Assembly (NCBI RefSeq): GCF_006345805.1
Contig: NW_021833238.1
Span: 19,999 to 83,998, forward strand
Length of the DNA: 64,000 nucleotides
Reading direction: 5' to 3'
DNA from: Octopus sinensis
Taxonomy: Eukaryota
Under the pieces are notes generated by a model that saw only the letters and a program-made list of their open reading frames with translations, was not told the origin of the DNA and searched no databases. This document shows, in pieces, positions 63,464-64,000 of this stretch. The position numbers were made by a program, and so were the translations under genes. How positions within the stretch are numbered: the first letter of the stretch is position 1; every line of letters begins with the position of its first letter.

Positions 63464-64000
63464 ATATGTGTATATATATATTTATATATATATATATATG
63501 TGTGTGTCTGTGTGTTTTGTGTGTACGTATGTATATGCTTGTGTGTATGAATACGTATGTATAAGTTTGTGCGTGCGAACGTGTGTGTGTTGGTGTGTGT
63601 GTGTTTCGAGTTCTTTTTCCCATTCTCGTCTTCAATATATCACATCTCGATGCCTCTTGCAATAAATATACAGTAGCACGAGACAAAGTTCTTTGGACTT
63701 TAGCATATGTCTGTGAATGTCGTTTATCACAAACGAAATATTGAATATAATGAACAAATTATTCAGACAGATCAAGCCAGTCCAAAAACAGCAGCAGTGA
63801 CTTGTCGAGAAATGATTTTAAAAACTTTAATGTTCCCTCCGATAGAGATAAATACCGTTTTTATGTTTGAAACGAACAGCAAGACAGATAAAATATTGAA
63901 GATCCTCATCTCCCTCTTCTGCACTACTAACACCGCCACTCTCATTCCTGACAGAGTAACACCAGCTGTTATAACATTAACACAGACTTTGTCGTTGCAT

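Overview
AT-rich, microsatellite-dense animal non-coding DNA. The SINE families look like those of Octopus, from my recall of them; I have not run a search. I found no host protein-coding gene, tRNA or rRNA gene, and almost every long ORF in the track is a translated microsatellite. The window is a patchwork of mobile elements: about 30 tRNA-derived SINE copies in 4-5 modular families, four mariner/Tc1 relics, several MITEs (Tc1/mariner and hAT), stacked R4/Dong-type LINE fragments inside (AAT)n tracts, and CR1-, Tx1/L1- and HERO-like LINE fragments. The main structure is a 12.3-kb Penelope-like element (PLE) locus at 49.86-62.13 kb, sitting inside a (TA)n tract. It has three complete ~3.36-kb head-to-tail units, a 5'-truncated fourth unit and an inverted terminal segment. 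Each unit encodes RT plus a C-terminal GIY-YIG endonuclease (Hydra-type motifs), and each spacer carries a minimal type I hammerhead ribozyme. Two unrelated minimal hammerheads lie in other (TA)n-embedded inserts (24.9 kb and 42.86 kb). Two different truncated LINEs show their 5'-terminal 21 nt (x20) or 54 nt (x2.3) repeated in tandem at the junction, which suggests reiterative reverse transcription. Homopolymer indels between repeat copies point to unpolished long-read sequence, so frameshifts and copy numbers need confirmation.
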